From: Gracilinanus agilis
Taxonomy: Eukaryota
Reading direction: 5' to 3'
Assembly: GCF_016433145.1 (NCBI RefSeq)
Contig: NC_058132.1
Coordinates: forward strand, 92,026,251 to 92,090,250
Length of the DNA stretch: 64,000 bases
The notes under the pieces were generated by a model. That model saw nothing but the letters and a program-made list of their open reading frames with translations. It searched no databases and was not told the DNA's origin. The translations under genes were made by a program, and so were the position numbers. Shown one piece after another: positions 14,158 through 26,499 of the stretch (positions are counted from its first letter, which is position 1; each line of letters begins with the position of its first letter).

Positions 14158-14272
14158 TTTTAAACCCTTAACTTTTCGGTGTATTGTCTCATAGGTGGAA
14201 GAGTGGTAAGGGTGGGCAATGGGGGTCAAGTGACTTGCCCAGGGTCACACAGCTGGGAAGTGGCTGAGGCCG
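14158..14272 (-). mobile_element. 5'-truncated young SINE-1-like copy
   Basis: Poly-T tail plus SINE 3' half; TSD TTGGAGGCATTTTT at 14144-14157 and 14273-14286. Confidence 0.88.
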
Positions 14273-14383
14273 TTGGAGGCATTTTTAATAAATAATTTTG
14301 GGGGCCCTTTTAAAAACTATTTATTAAAAAGGCCCCCAAGATTAGAAAACTGGGTAGTTACAGTGTCAAGAAAAAAATCATCT

Positions 14384-15315
14384 TATCAATAAACACATGA
14401 AAAAGTGCTCTAAATCTTTTATAATTAGAGAAATGCAAATCAAAACAACTCTGAGGTACGACCTCACACCTAGCAGATTGGCTAACATGACAGCAAAGGA
14501 AACTGGTGAATGTTGCAGGGGATGTGGCAAAATTGGGACATTAATTAATTTCTGGTGGAGTTGTGAATTGATCCAGCCATTCTGGATGGCAATTTGGAAC
14601 TATGTCCAAAGGGTTTTAAAAGAATGCCTGCCTTTGATCCAGCCATACCACTGCTGGGTTTATACCCCAAAGAGATCATAAGGAAAAAGACTTGTACAAA
14701 AATATTTACAGCTGCACTCTTTGTGGTGGCAAAAAATTGGAAAATGAGAGAATGTCCCTCAATTGGGGAAAGGTTGAACAAATTGTGGTGTCTGCTGGTG
14801 ATGGAATACTATTGTGCTCAAAGGAATAATGAACTGGAGGAATTCCATGTGACCTGGAAAGACCTCCAGGAATTGATGCAGAGTGAAAGGAGCAGAACCA
14901 GGAGAACATTGTACACAGAGACAGATACACTGTGGTAAAATCAAATGTAATAGACTTCTCTACTAGCAGCAATGCAATGATCTAGGACAATTCTGAGGGA
15001 CTTAGGAGAAAGAACACTATCCACATCCAGAGAAAGAACTGTGGAAGTAGAAACACAGAAGAAAAACAACTGCTTGATTACATGGGTTGATGAGGATATG
15101 ATTGGGGATATTGACTCTAAACAATCACCCCAGTGCAACTATCAATAATATGAAAATAGGTCTTGATCAATGACACATGTAAAACTCAGTGGAATTGTGC
15201 ATCGGCTATGGGAGGGGGTGGGAGGAGGGGAGGGAAAGAACACGAATCTTATAGCCATGTAAAACATTCTAAATTAATTAATTAAATAAAGATTTTCAAA
15301 TTTAAAAAAAGAAAA
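14384..15315 (+). mobile_element. 5'-truncated L1 (ORF2 C-terminus + 3'UTR + poly-A)
   Basis: ORFs 14397/14594 match L1 ORF2 C-terminus (IREMQIKTTLRYDLTPSRLA; CWRGCG-like; PFDPAIPLLGLYPKE); TSD-like aagaaaaaa(a)t(c/a)atct flanks. Confidence 0.92.
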
Positions 15316-15519
15316 GAAAAAATAATCTATGTTGGGGAAAAACAAAATGCTATTACTTCAAAAAGCCAAATTCTAAAATCTAGTTCATGTGGCACTCAAA
15401 AATGTCAGGAAAAAAATTATACTCTTTTCATCCGTAAAATAGGTAAGCTATCCCTATAACTCAGAGATAAATGGCTACAAAAAAAGGATGGTGGTGACCT
15501 TGACAATAACAGAGAAGTC

Positions 15520-16225
15520 TAGAAAAAAAAATCATGAGGTAAAGATGATCACTTCAATTTTGAACAAACTGATTTTGAGATGTCTGTGGGACAGCCAATT
15601 TAAAATATACAATTTTGAGGGCTCCTAGAAAGAAAGGCACAGCAAATACAAAATACAGGGAGACTTCCTTAGAATCCCAATCCATTCACTTTTCCTTTCA
15701 AAAGGTGAGGCAGCACTATAGCTCTATAGGGAGACTAGGTATAATATATGTAGATCTCATAATTATGGACATGGACATGATAATGGAATCCATCAAAGTT
15801 GATAAGGTCACCAGGAGAGAGAATTTGTTGAGAGAAGAGGGGCACAGGATGGAGCCTTTAGAACATCCATAGTTAGGGGGCAGGATAAGAATGATGATAC
15901 AAGAAGGGAGACTAAAAAAGGATGAGAACAATGAATAAACATTGGTGACATTAAAAACTCATAGCAGACAACAGGATCCAAGAAGATGATCAGTACAAAG
16001 TGCTAGAAAAGGGTCAATATGAATGTGTTGAAAAATGCTACTGCATTTGGCAATTAGGAAATCACAGGCAACTTTGAATAGGGATATTTCAACTAAGTGA
16101 TAAAGTCTGATACTAGACTGCAAAGTGTTGAGGATAAGTAAAGAGAGGCAGAAAGTATAGGTAGCTTTTTCTAATATTCTCTGTGAAAAGGAAAAGGTCT
16201 ATAAGATGACTGCTTAAAGATACTG
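15520..16225 (-). mobile_element. Old L2 LINE fragment
   Basis: Reverse L2 3' region signatures (ttttgaacaaactgattttgagatgtctgtgggacagcc; tgcatttggcaattaggaaatcac..caactttga). Confidence 0.55.
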
Positions 16226-16234
16226 TCTAGACTG

Positions 16235-16401
16235 CAGTGGTTCCCAAACTTTTTTGGCCTATTGCCCCCTTTCCAGAAAAAAATATTACTTAGCCCCCTG
16301 GAAATTAATAGGAAAGATAAATGTACCTGTGGCCATCACCGCTCCCCTGGATTGCTGCAGCACCCGCCAGGGGGCGGTAGCGCCCACTTTGGGAATCACT
16401 G
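16235..16401 (+). mobile_element. Non-autonomous hAT MITE (family B), internally deleted copy
   Basis: TIRs CAGTGGTTCCCAAA / TTTGGGAATCACTG; imperfect TSD GTCTAGAC (16225-16232, offset by 2 nt) / GTCTAGAG (16402-16409); reverse copy at 23982. Confidence 0.85.
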
Positions 16402-17340
16402 GTCTAGAGCAATCAAGAGGTATTTTTTTAAAGGCTGGGAGAAACTGAGGGAGATTCACAGTTGGGAATGAAGAGATATTCAAGATTTGAGAGTAAAGAT
16501 GATGGTGGGGATAATCTTCCAAAGGAGATGGGATCAAGTTAATGAGAAGGGAAGTAAAGGAATTATAATTTTCGGGAAAGAATGGTCTGAAGAACAACTA
16601 TTAGCTGAGAAAGAAAAAGTAGGCACAATGCCTCTATCCTTGTTATTTCAGAAAGATAACTAGAGTTTATTTACCTAACTGCATCCTTCCCAAGGGGGCC
16701 ACCTAATGAGGCAGTGTTATACTGAACACTCTTAGGGGAGAAATGCAAGGCAAATACAAAATACATGCATGCAGTCTTCCTTCGAACCATCATCTACTCA
16801 TTTTTCCTCTAAAAGAGAAAATACTTGGTGAAACAGATGACATACATTTCTTTACCATCTCTTTACAGAAGTAGGGGACTATTAAAAAAGGAGCTAAGCA
16901 TAATGTCCTTGGCCTGGAGTCAGAAAGATGAGTTCAAATTCAGATTCAGAACCAAGTCTGAGCAAGTCACAACTTATTTGCCTCAGTTTCCACAGCTGTA
17001 ACTGTAAAAGGGATTAATAATAGTACCAACCCCCCAGGGTTGTTTTAAGGATCAAATGAGATCACATTTGTAAAGTGCTTAGCACAGTGTCCACCACAGA
17101 GTAGAAACAAGTATTTGCTTGTTTCCTTCTCTTCTCTTCCCTGTGGCTTATTATATATGTCAGGCTTATTTGATGTGTTCTTTAGCTTTGTTCCCTACCA
17201 CCCCCCAACCCCCCAGCTTTTCTGGTTCTTTGTTATAAAAGATGGCTCTCTCTAGGAGGGAAGGAGGAAGAATGATTATCTTAGGAAATGCAAGTAATGC
17301 AAAAAGAAAAATATAAATAAAATGTATTTTAAAAGGGGGG

Positions 17341-17537
17341 GGGGCAGCTGGGTAGCTCAGTAGATTGAGAGCCAGGAGGTCCTGGGTTCAAATCTGGCCT
17401 CAGACACTTCCTAGCTGTGTGACCCTGAGCAAGTCACTTAATCCTCATTGCCTAGCCCTTACCACTCTCCTGCCTTAGAACCAATACCCAGGATTGATTC
17501 TAAGATGGAAGGTAAGGGCTTTAAAAAAAAAAAAAAA
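17341..17537 (+). mobile_element. SINE-1-like element
   Basis: Head ggggcagctgggtagctcagt, B-box-like ggttcaaatc, poly-A tail. Confidence 0.9.
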
Positions 17538-17574
17538 GTGACCAGGCTCAGTGGAGCAACCTGCCTCTCTCAAA

Positions 17575-17972
17575 ATAGTGATGAAGGCCAGTTTCTAAGG
17601 AAAATTAAATCCCTCTATACTTGAGGCATCCTCTCAGAAAATGAGCTGAAGTTTCATTATACATTGCACATATTACTTGATGCAATAGATAAAAAGTTCT
17701 CCCCAACCAAAAAGGTCCTTCTGGATAATATAACATTCTACTTGGACTTTTTTAAGACCATAGAAAATGCTACAAAATATACAGATGTGAAAATTCTGAA
17801 ATAAAATTTATTATGGTGGTGGAGGCCTCCAACACAAGCCTGAGACAATGAAATTCACAGTATATAGTTCTCACATGCAATTCCTTCTATAACTCTGGAG
17901 ACTATAATTCATTTTGAGGCCTTTGATAACATAATAGTACCTTTCATCATGATGACGGTAGAAGTTTGTTTA
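17575..17972 (+). pseudogene. TRAPPC2L: Decayed processed pseudogene of trafficking protein particle complex subunit 2-like
   Basis: Successive frames give KEN..[73 protein letters not shown], colinear with TRAPPC2L ([84 protein letters not shown]); no introns; frameshifts and stops. Confidence 0.88.
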
Positions 17973-18065
17973 GGAGAAACTATAGTTGTTTTTTTATATG
18001 AAATTTTATATGAAATGCCATTTTGTACATACTGCATTATAGTCACAGTTAAATGAAAGATTACA

Positions 18066-20046
18066 GGGGTCAGAGCCAAGATGGAAGATTAGGGGCAGCC
18101 AACCAGATGAACTCTCCCAACATTCCCCTCTAAACAACTTAAAATAATACTAAGTCAATTTTTGGAGTGGTAGAGTAAACAAACAGTTGGGACATTTTTC
18201 TGGTCTAAGAGAATGTAAGTGGTTGGCAGCAGAAGTCTATAATATTAGGGCGGAGTTCTGTCCAGAGCCCATATATATGGCTTTGCCCAGAGATGGTAAA
18301 TGGGTCAGACAAGTAGTCAGATAGAGATTATAGGGGACCCTTTTCTGGCACTGGGTACAGCTGGCACTGACTGACAATTCTTTGGCTTCTTTGCAGCTCT
18401 GGGTCAAAGTTCCAGGTTGAAAAAGAAAGTTTATGGTCTGTCACAAGGAAGAAGAAACCCTGATTACAATTCTAAGCCAAAGAGAAGCACTAGCATGTGC
18501 AGCTGTAGGGGCCAGGGGTCCTTCCTTGATAAATATCACAGTGCAGACAGAAACAGAAACACATAGAATAAAAAGGCCAGAGGAGAATCTAATATGCTTC
18601 AGCTAAAGAAAAAAAGGTAGGGGTATTGATTGCTCTCAGGCAAAGCAAAAGCAAAAACGGACCCAATTAAAAGGGTTAATTAGGGAAAGTACATTTTGCT
18701 AAGAGGTTCCATGACTTCTCTACTAGCAGCAATGCAATGATCTAGGACAATTCTGAGGGACTTAGGAGAAAGAACACTATTCACATCCAGAGAAGAAACT
18801 GTGGGAGTAGAAACACAGAAGAAAAACAACTGCTTGAACATATGGGTTGATGGGAATATGATTGGGGATGTAGACTCTAAATGATCACCCTAGTGCAAAT
18901 ATCAATAATATGGAAATAGGTCTTGATCAATGACACATGTAATACCCAGTGGAATTGCTCATTGGCTACAGGAGGGGGGTAGTAGGAGGGGAGAGAAAGA
19001 GATTGAATCATGTAACCATGGAAAAAAATTCTAAATTAATAAATTAAAATCATTCAAGCAATAAATTAATTAATTGATTAATAGATGAATGAATAAATAA
19101 ATGGTTCCATGGACAAAGCAATATAAAAAATTTTATAGTAAGTTTCTCTGATAAAGGCTTCATTTTTCAAATATATACTGAGGCAAATTTATTTTAATTC
19201 TTTTCTAGTCATTTCAGTAATTTTTTTTATGTAGACACAAATTTTAATAATCTTTTCCTAGCATTTTGCAATCCATTTCTTTCCCTCCTCTCTCCTCTAC
19301 CTTCCCTGCTGAGGCAAATTTATAAAAATAAATACCATTCCTCAATTGATAAATGGCCAAAGGACATAATCAGGCAGTTTTTAGAAAAAGAAATCAAATC
19401 TATCTATAGTCACATAAAAAAATGCTGTAAATAACTACTGATTAGAGAAATGCAAATTTTAAAAACTATGAGTTAATCATCTCACACCTATCAGAGATGA
19501 TGAATGTTAGAGGGGATGAGTAGAAAATAGGTAAATTAATGAACTGTTGGCAGAGTAGCAAATTGGTTCAACTATTCTGAAGAACAATTTGGAACTATAC
19601 CAAAGGACTATATAAAAAACTGTGCATACCCTCTGATCCAGCTGGCAGACTGCATTCCAAAGAGATTTTTTACAAAGGAACTATTTTATACAAAAATATT
19701 TATAGCAGCAGTAGCTCTTTTTGTTCTTTTGTCAAAAATCATTTTGACAAAGAATTATAAATCACGGAGATCCTCATCATTTGGGAAATGGCTGATGGAG
19801 CTATAGCATTTAAGTGGGATGGAGTACTATTGTGCTGTGGAAAATGATAAAGGGCAGGGGTGGTTTCAGAAAAACATCGCAAGATCTATATGAACTGATT
19901 CTAAGTGAAATGAGAAAAACCAGGAGATCATTGTGCACCATAACTGCAATGTTGCAATAATGGCCAACCTGAAAGACATAGCTACTCTAATTAAATACAA
20001 TGATCCAAGAAAATTCTAAAGGATTTAGGATTAAAAAAACTATGCA
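18066..20046 (+). mobile_element. Old L1 (5'UTR piece and ORF2/3' piece) with nested younger insertions
   Basis: 5' end gagccaagatgg; ORF2 3' text agtttctctgataaaggc..ttgataaatggccaaagg..attagagaaatgcaaat. Confidence 0.75.
18714..19102 (+). mobile_element. Young L1 3'UTR fragment inserted in older L1
   Basis: Near-identical to 14953-15300; duplication GGTTCCATG at 18705-18713 and 19103-19111. Confidence 0.85.
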
Positions 20047-20047
20047 A

Positions 20048-20243
20048 GGGCAGCTGGGTAGCTCAGTGGATTGAGAGCCAGGCCTAGAGACAGGAGGTCC
20101 TAGGTTCAAATCTGGCCTCAGACACTTCCCAGCTGTGTGACCCTGGGCAAGTCACTTGACCCCCATTGCCTACCCTTACCACTCTTCCACCTATAAGTCA
20201 ATACACAGAAGTTAAGGGTTTAAAAAAAAAAAAAAAAAAAAAA
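20048..20243 (+). mobile_element. Full-length young SINE-1-like element
   Basis: Complete head-to-tail copy, 22-nt poly-A, TSD AAAAAAACTATGCA on both sides. Confidence 0.95.
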
Positions 20244-20259
20244 CTATGCACCTCTACAG

Positions 20260-20781
20260 TGTAAAAGATGGGGCAGCAGGGATGTTAAAATATAACCTAA
20301 ATGGTTGTGGGTACACACACTGGGTTGAAGGAGAGACAGGACCAACCAGGATAGGGAGACCAGAGTTCACTGCTAAGCTGGTAATTGTCAAGAATGGCAG
20401 TTAGCCCAGCTCACCCAGCTCACCCCTAGGCCAGGGTCTATGGAACCAGCAGGCAAGGTAAAAGTTTTTAACAGTTTAATTATGATTAACTAAATAAAGG
20501 TGGGATAGAGGATTCTGCACTTAAAAACCTAAAGGGCAAATCCCTGGGCAAGGGGAGAACTTGTCTACTCTAATTCTAATTGACCTAGGCCAGGCAGGGC
20601 TCAAGGAGCAGTTCTGGAGTCACTGAGAAGGCTGCTTCCAACCTGGTTCCAGCCAGGTTTGACCAGCCCAGCTAAAGGGCCTGAGGGTGGCTTTGAGGGT
20701 TCTAACAGTAATCCAAAGATGATCACAGCCTTCTCAAGTGGGAAGGCTGAGTTGGGAAGGAGAGAGAGAATTCAGAGGTCA
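20260..20781 (-). mobile_element. LTR-like segment (probably partial solo LTR)
   Basis: Starts TGTAA; composition and layout resemble the LTRs at 29164 and 32669; no TSD found. Confidence 0.45.
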
Positions 20782-22526
20782 AAATTTAAAAAGGCAAAAA
20801 TGTTTAAAAAGAATAAACTTTTATAAAAGACATATGTAAAATTTATTTCAATAAAAACTTCAGTCAACTTAAAAATAAAATAAAGTTGATGATCAGATCT
20901 AGGAAACAGAAACCAGGAATCTATAATACTATACTAGAACCAGCTGTCTGTGTCTCAAATCTATTTTTCTTTTCCAAATGCCCTCTTTAAGTCAATAAGG
21001 ATGAAGAATAGGATTACCTATTTTCTTCATTTTCTTGGCCAGAACTTCAAAAGCCCTAGAAATTTCTTGGTTTCTTCTGGTGATATCATTTGTTTCCAAT
21101 TATTCAGAAGTAGTAATCAAAGAATCAATGAACAAACCCGGTATATGAATATTATGGAATATTGCTGTGCAGCAAAAAAAAATAAGTGAGGAATTCAAAG
21201 AAACACGGTAAAATGTATACAAAATGATCATGTTGAAATAAAAATCATTAAAATATAAGTTCATTGCAAGTAGGGATCATTCCATTCTTTGTATTTATAT
21301 CCCAGAATTTAGCACAGTGCCAGGCCTAAAGCGGGGATTTAATAAACACTTGCTGACTGAAATACCACAAGAACAACATAAACAATTACTTCAACAATGT
21401 AATTGGAAAGTTCATCAAAAGGAAGCTGAATCCTAACGAAACTTTTAGGCAGAATGGTGTATTCTTCACCAAACATTTTTGTTTGTTCTTTGTTACAAGT
21501 TATTGGGTGTGGGAGTGGAGTACCACACAATATTTCCAGAAATGATATAAAAAACATTTCTTTCTTAAAGGAAAAAAAATGGGAGCTATTATGAATAATT
21601 ATTTTGATATTATATAAATTTGAGACTCAGTTTTCCCAAAGTCTGACTAACCTAATTCACTTTTTTCAAAAAGAAAGCTCAAAGTTGAATATACCCTGAT
21701 CCTCTGATATTAGGTGTATACTTTGGCCCTTAGATGATGTAAGTCACTAGCTAATTACTTATCACTGAAGTTTTGGGTAGTGTGACCTCAGGTCTACACC
21801 TCTAGTCAGTTAATTGCCAATGTTTAAGACCATAAAAATACAGAAAAGATTGTGAAATATCAGAACCTGCTTAGTCATTATCTGGACTAAATACTACTCA
21901 TAAATATGATAGGTAAGTATCACACAGGCAGGAGAAGGAAAAAGAAGAAAGGTAGTGGAAAGAAAATGAAAAAATGCTAAATTAGAGGAAAATAAAGTGT
22001 TTAAAATAAAGTTGCTTCAAAAAGTTTTAAGGTCTAATTCTAATGTAGGGCACTGAAAAATATCAGCTAACAAGAATTTTACTAATAGCTCTGCTACCAC
22101 TGACAAGGAACTTCCTTGTGCCTCAATCTCTCCATCTGTAAAGTGGAGAAAGGCCCTCTTTATAATCAGGAGACAGACAGCTACAAACTCTCAAGATAAA
22201 AATCACTCTCAAACACAAGGGTTAGAAGAAGGCAAAAAAAAAAAAAATTTAACCATCAATGCTGGAAAGAGAAACATTGCTCAAGGGGAAACATGAATCC
22301 AGTGTCCCGATAAAAACAGACCAGCCAGACCTTAAGCAGCCAACCTTGCCTCATTCTGAGGAGGGTCACAGTGACATAGATGCACCTGGAGAGACTGATT
22401 CTAAAGGATCCTACAGAGAGACAAGACCAAAATGGTAACTCAAGAATTTTAATCTGGGATTGAAACATTTACTATAAAATGGCTTCAGTCCAGAGTCTCT
22501 GGACATATGAGAAAATGACTTTAGAG

Positions 22527-22731
22527 CAGTGATGGACAAACTTTTTAAAGAGGAGGCCAAAGGAAAAGAAATACTCATCTGTCAGTCTGTTTCTAAGGCA
22601 ACTCTTTCAAAGTTTCATTGTATTGTATCCTGTTCATTGTATTCATCAGATTAGGAATAATGTCCCGCAGCCTGAAAGAACATTTCAGGGGGCCCGCATC
22701 TGGCCCACAGGCCATAGTTTGCCCATCACTG
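22527..22731. mobile_element. Non-autonomous hAT MITE (family A), uninterrupted 205-bp copy
   Basis: TIRs CAGTGATGGACAAACT / AGTTTGCCCATCACTG; TSD CTTTAGAG (22519-22526) / CTTTCGAG (22732-22739); internal sequence shared with 8830 copy. Confidence 0.92.
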
Positions 22732-23029
22732 CTTTCGAGTGATATATAGTTACAAAGTGCTGGATTTGGAGTTAAGAGGCCCTTAGTCAAGTCACTTAAT
22801 TTTTTAGATATTGATAGTTAATAGTCAAATAAGTTGTTGTACAAGAATGTTGCATCATGAAAAATTATAGTCTCAGAAAATCTTTGGGAGACTTGTATGA
22901 AGTACTGAAAAGTAGGATAAGCAGAACCTAATTCATGTAATGACCAAAAAATTAAGGAAAATATCTTTGAAAGTCTTCAGAATTCCAACCAATAGAAATA
23001 ACCAATGATGACTTTAAAAGTCTCTTGGC

Positions 23030-23615
23030 AGATTATAGGGGAAAAGACTTGTACAAAAATATTTATAGCTGCACTCTTTGTGGTGACAAAAAACTGGAAA
23101 ACAAGGGGATGCCTTTCAATTGGGGAATGGCTGAACAAATTGTGGTATCTGTTGGTGATGGAATATTATTGTGCTCAAAGGAATAATGAACTGGAGGAAT
23201 TCCATGTGAACTGGAAAGACCTCCAGGAATTGATGCAGAGTGAAAGGAGCAGAACCAGAAGAACATTGTACACAGACGGATACACTATGGTAAAATCGAA
23301 TGTAATGGACTTCTCTACTAGCAGCAATGCAATGACCCAGGACAATTCTGAGGGACTTAGGAGAAAGAACACTATATCCACATTCAGAAGAAGAACTACA
23401 GGAGTGGAAACACAGAAGAAAAACAACTGCTTGAATACATGGGTTGATGCAGAAATGATTTGGGATGTAGACTCTAAACAACCACCCTAATATGGAAATA
23501 GTACATATTAAAACCAATGGAAATGCGTGTCCTTTACAGGGGGCGGAGGGTTGGGAGGGAGAGTAAGAACATGAGTCATGTAACCATGGAAAAATTTTCT
23601 AAAAAATAAAAATTC
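23030..23615 (+). mobile_element. 5'-truncated L1 3' end
   Basis: ORF 23005 contains KTCTKIFIAALFVVTKNWKTRGCLSIGEWLNKLWY (L1 ORF2 C-terminus); same subfamily text as 14384 copy. Confidence 0.9.
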
Positions 23616-23981
23616 AAAGCCATAAATAATAGTCTCTTGGCAGAAAGAAGGACTAGATATGTAGAATGATATTATGTATTTTAGACATCGTGCACTGATG
23701 ATTTTTGTTAGCTTATACTTGGTACAAAGGGAAGGCTGAGTTTGATGCAAAAAAGAAAAGAGTATCAAATTTTTTTTAATTACGTAGAAGAAAAAAGTTA
23801 AGAAGAGAACACTAACAGGGCAATTTTATTACTCTCTTAAATTTAGTATACACTTTAAAAAATAAACATGCAACAATGAAGTTTCATATACAATTCTCTT
23901 TTCTTGCTTTGTATATTTAATTATATTTGTTAAGTTTAAATTAATATCTAATTTTTAGAATAAAATAAAAATAAGTTAAAC

Positions 23982-24175
23982 CAGTGATTCCCAAAGTGGG
24001 TGTCACTGCCCCCTTTTGGGTGCTGCAGCGATCCAGGAGAGCAATGATGGCCACAGGTGCATTTATCTTTCCTATTAATTGCTATTAAAATTTTTTTAAA
24101 AATTAATTTCCAGGGGGCTAAGTAATATTTTTTCTGAAAAGGGGGTGGTAGGCCAAAAAAGTTTGGGAACCACTG
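23982..24175 (-). mobile_element. Non-autonomous hAT MITE (family B), 194 bp
   Basis: TIRs CAGTGATTCCCAAA / TTTGGGAACCACTG; perfect TSD AGTTAAAC at 23974-23981 and 24176-24183. Confidence 0.93.
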
Positions 24176-26499
24176 AGTTAAACTAATCTCTAAGGACTTT
24201 TTCTAGTTCTAAATCTTACTAAATTAATAAAAAATAAACATAAAAGTATACATTAACTCTATATTCACTTGTGATATACTTCATGTATATATTTGACTCA
24301 TTTGAAATTAAATGAATAATTTCTAAAAAATTTTTTTCCAAATAAAAAAGCTTAAAGAACTTTGATTTTCATTCATTTATATTTAATTTTCTCAATGCAT
24401 CTTTTTTGTTTCTTTGCACAGAATGTGGGTGCGGGCCACTGCATACACTGTCAAATAGCTGAGATAATATTTTTGCTCAACTATGGGGTTTTTTTGTCTT
24501 TCTTTTCTAGAGAAGGATACATTTGGAAATGAGAATAATATAAAAACAAAATATATCAATTAAAAATATTTTCCCACTATATAACAAAAGCAGCATCCAT
24601 ATATACTTTAAGGTTTGCAAAGTGATTTACATGCTATCTTACGAAATCTTTACATCAGCTTGGTCAGGTAGCTATTATTGTTGCTATTATTATCCTCATC
24701 TTAACATTTGAGGAAATTGAGACTGGCAAGTGGTTAAGTGACTTGCCCTGGGTCATACAGCTACCAAGTACCAGAGGCAGGATGAACTAAGTATAAAGTT
24801 CTGTCTACTGTGCCATCTAACATTGCCCCCTCAAGCTCAATATTCTCTTTGGTCTGTTGTATATTTCCTCATAATTTTCCATCCTCTATCCTCAATTCCC
24901 TTCAGTGATCTAAACCTTATCAATCCTTGTAGGCTCAGCTTCTATTCCACATTCTCCTTAAATGCTTACAATCTCAATATATTAGAGCTATAAAGGACTT
25001 AAGATAGCATTTAATCCAGCTTTCTCATTTCATAACTACTCCAGTCTACATACACTCTTCTTCCTTCTTTCTGGGTCTTTACTTTAAATTCCTATTGCAT
25101 TTATAGTCAATAACCATTCATGGCAGAGTAGATAGAACACTTAATTAAAAAATCACATGACTTATTTCACATTCTAGAGTGCTATTCTCCCTAATTGTGT
25201 GACTGTGGAAAAGTCCCTTAATTACATGAGCCTTGAGCCACCTATCTCATATATGTGTTGGGAAAAAAGTACTTGGGAAATCTTGTCATTTAATGACTGA
25301 GCTATTTTATATAAATTCCCCAGGAAATGAAAAAGAGGTTAAGAACTGTATATAACATTTAATTAATAATGTGACATGGACAAAAATAAATCCCAAGTGG
25401 AATTCTGATGTATAATTTACTATGGAGTACTTTTGGAGGGGCTGGTTATTTGGCACAGAAATTTGTCAGTTTGAGTAGCTTTTTAGATTCCAACTATCAG
25501 AATATGAAAAATGTGGTGCCTTCACAATATATCTTATTTATTTTGTAAGGAAGAGATGCGTTCCTTTTATTTCTTTTGTAAGGCTCTTAAATGAGCTAAA
25601 TCTATAGCTTAAAATAATTATTTTTCATTAATCCTGTCTGGTATTTATTTAACAATTTTAATGCTTTAGTGTTAAAAAATTGGGAAAATATTCACCAAGT
25701 AGGGATTATCTATTAGATATTTGTTTCAAACATATTGGTTATTGGCTATCTGATGAACTTCTTGGGAAAGGGAACCACATATTAATACTTTTTTCATCTG
25801 CAACCCATGATAGCACCCAGTACTAGTGCTAACTAAGCACATTATATGTTTAAAAAAAACCACCTTTGAACCAAGAAGCCAATGCTAGGTATAAGACTAA
25901 AAGGTTCCCACATCCAGTCTTTTGCCAAAGCCTGTGGATTTCACCTTCACAAACATTTCTCCAATACAACATCTTATGTCCTCTGACAGTGCTACTACTT
26001 TCATTCAGTCCCTTATCACCTCATGCCCAGATTATTTCAAGAGCTTGCTGGTGGGTCAGCCTGCCTCATGTCTCTCCCCACTTCAGTTCATCCTCCATTC
26101 AGACCCTAAGGTGACTTTTCCTAAAGTGAAGGTCTTACCATGCTGCCACCACCCCCTAGCCACTCAATAAACTCCAGTGGCTCCCCATCACTTCCATGAT
26201 CAAAGACAAATGTTCTCTTTGGTATTCGAAGCTTTTTATAACCTCCCTTTCCCAAGCTTCTTACATTTTACTCCTAATACATACTTTTTAATCCACTGAC
26301 ATTGGTCTCCTGGTTGTTCCTCAAACAAGACACTTCAATCTCTGTTTTGGGCATTTATTCTGGTTGGATTGCTCTTTCTACAGACAAGTAGAAGGTGCCT
26401 AATTAATGTTTATTATTTACTGATATTGACTGTATAGCAAAATATTTATAGTAGCAAAGAAAGAGTGTCCTTACCTGAGAATGGTTAAACAAATCAGAA

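Noticed and set aside
14397-15138. ORFs of 60-114 aa on both strands (also 23005-23517, 26403-27188, 33423-33712, 58643-59376)
   Set aside because: Fragments of L1 ORF2 C-terminus/3'UTR and their antisense; not genes
21339-21557. 72-aa minus ORF in non-repetitive-looking sequence
   Set aside because: I translated several frames on both strands and recognised no protein; a BLAST search would be needed
22380-22445. Minus-strand acceptor (ttttggtcttgtctctctgtAG) as possible NUMA1 5'UTR exon 2
   Set aside because: Only weak donors follow and no homology evidence; cannot support an exon call
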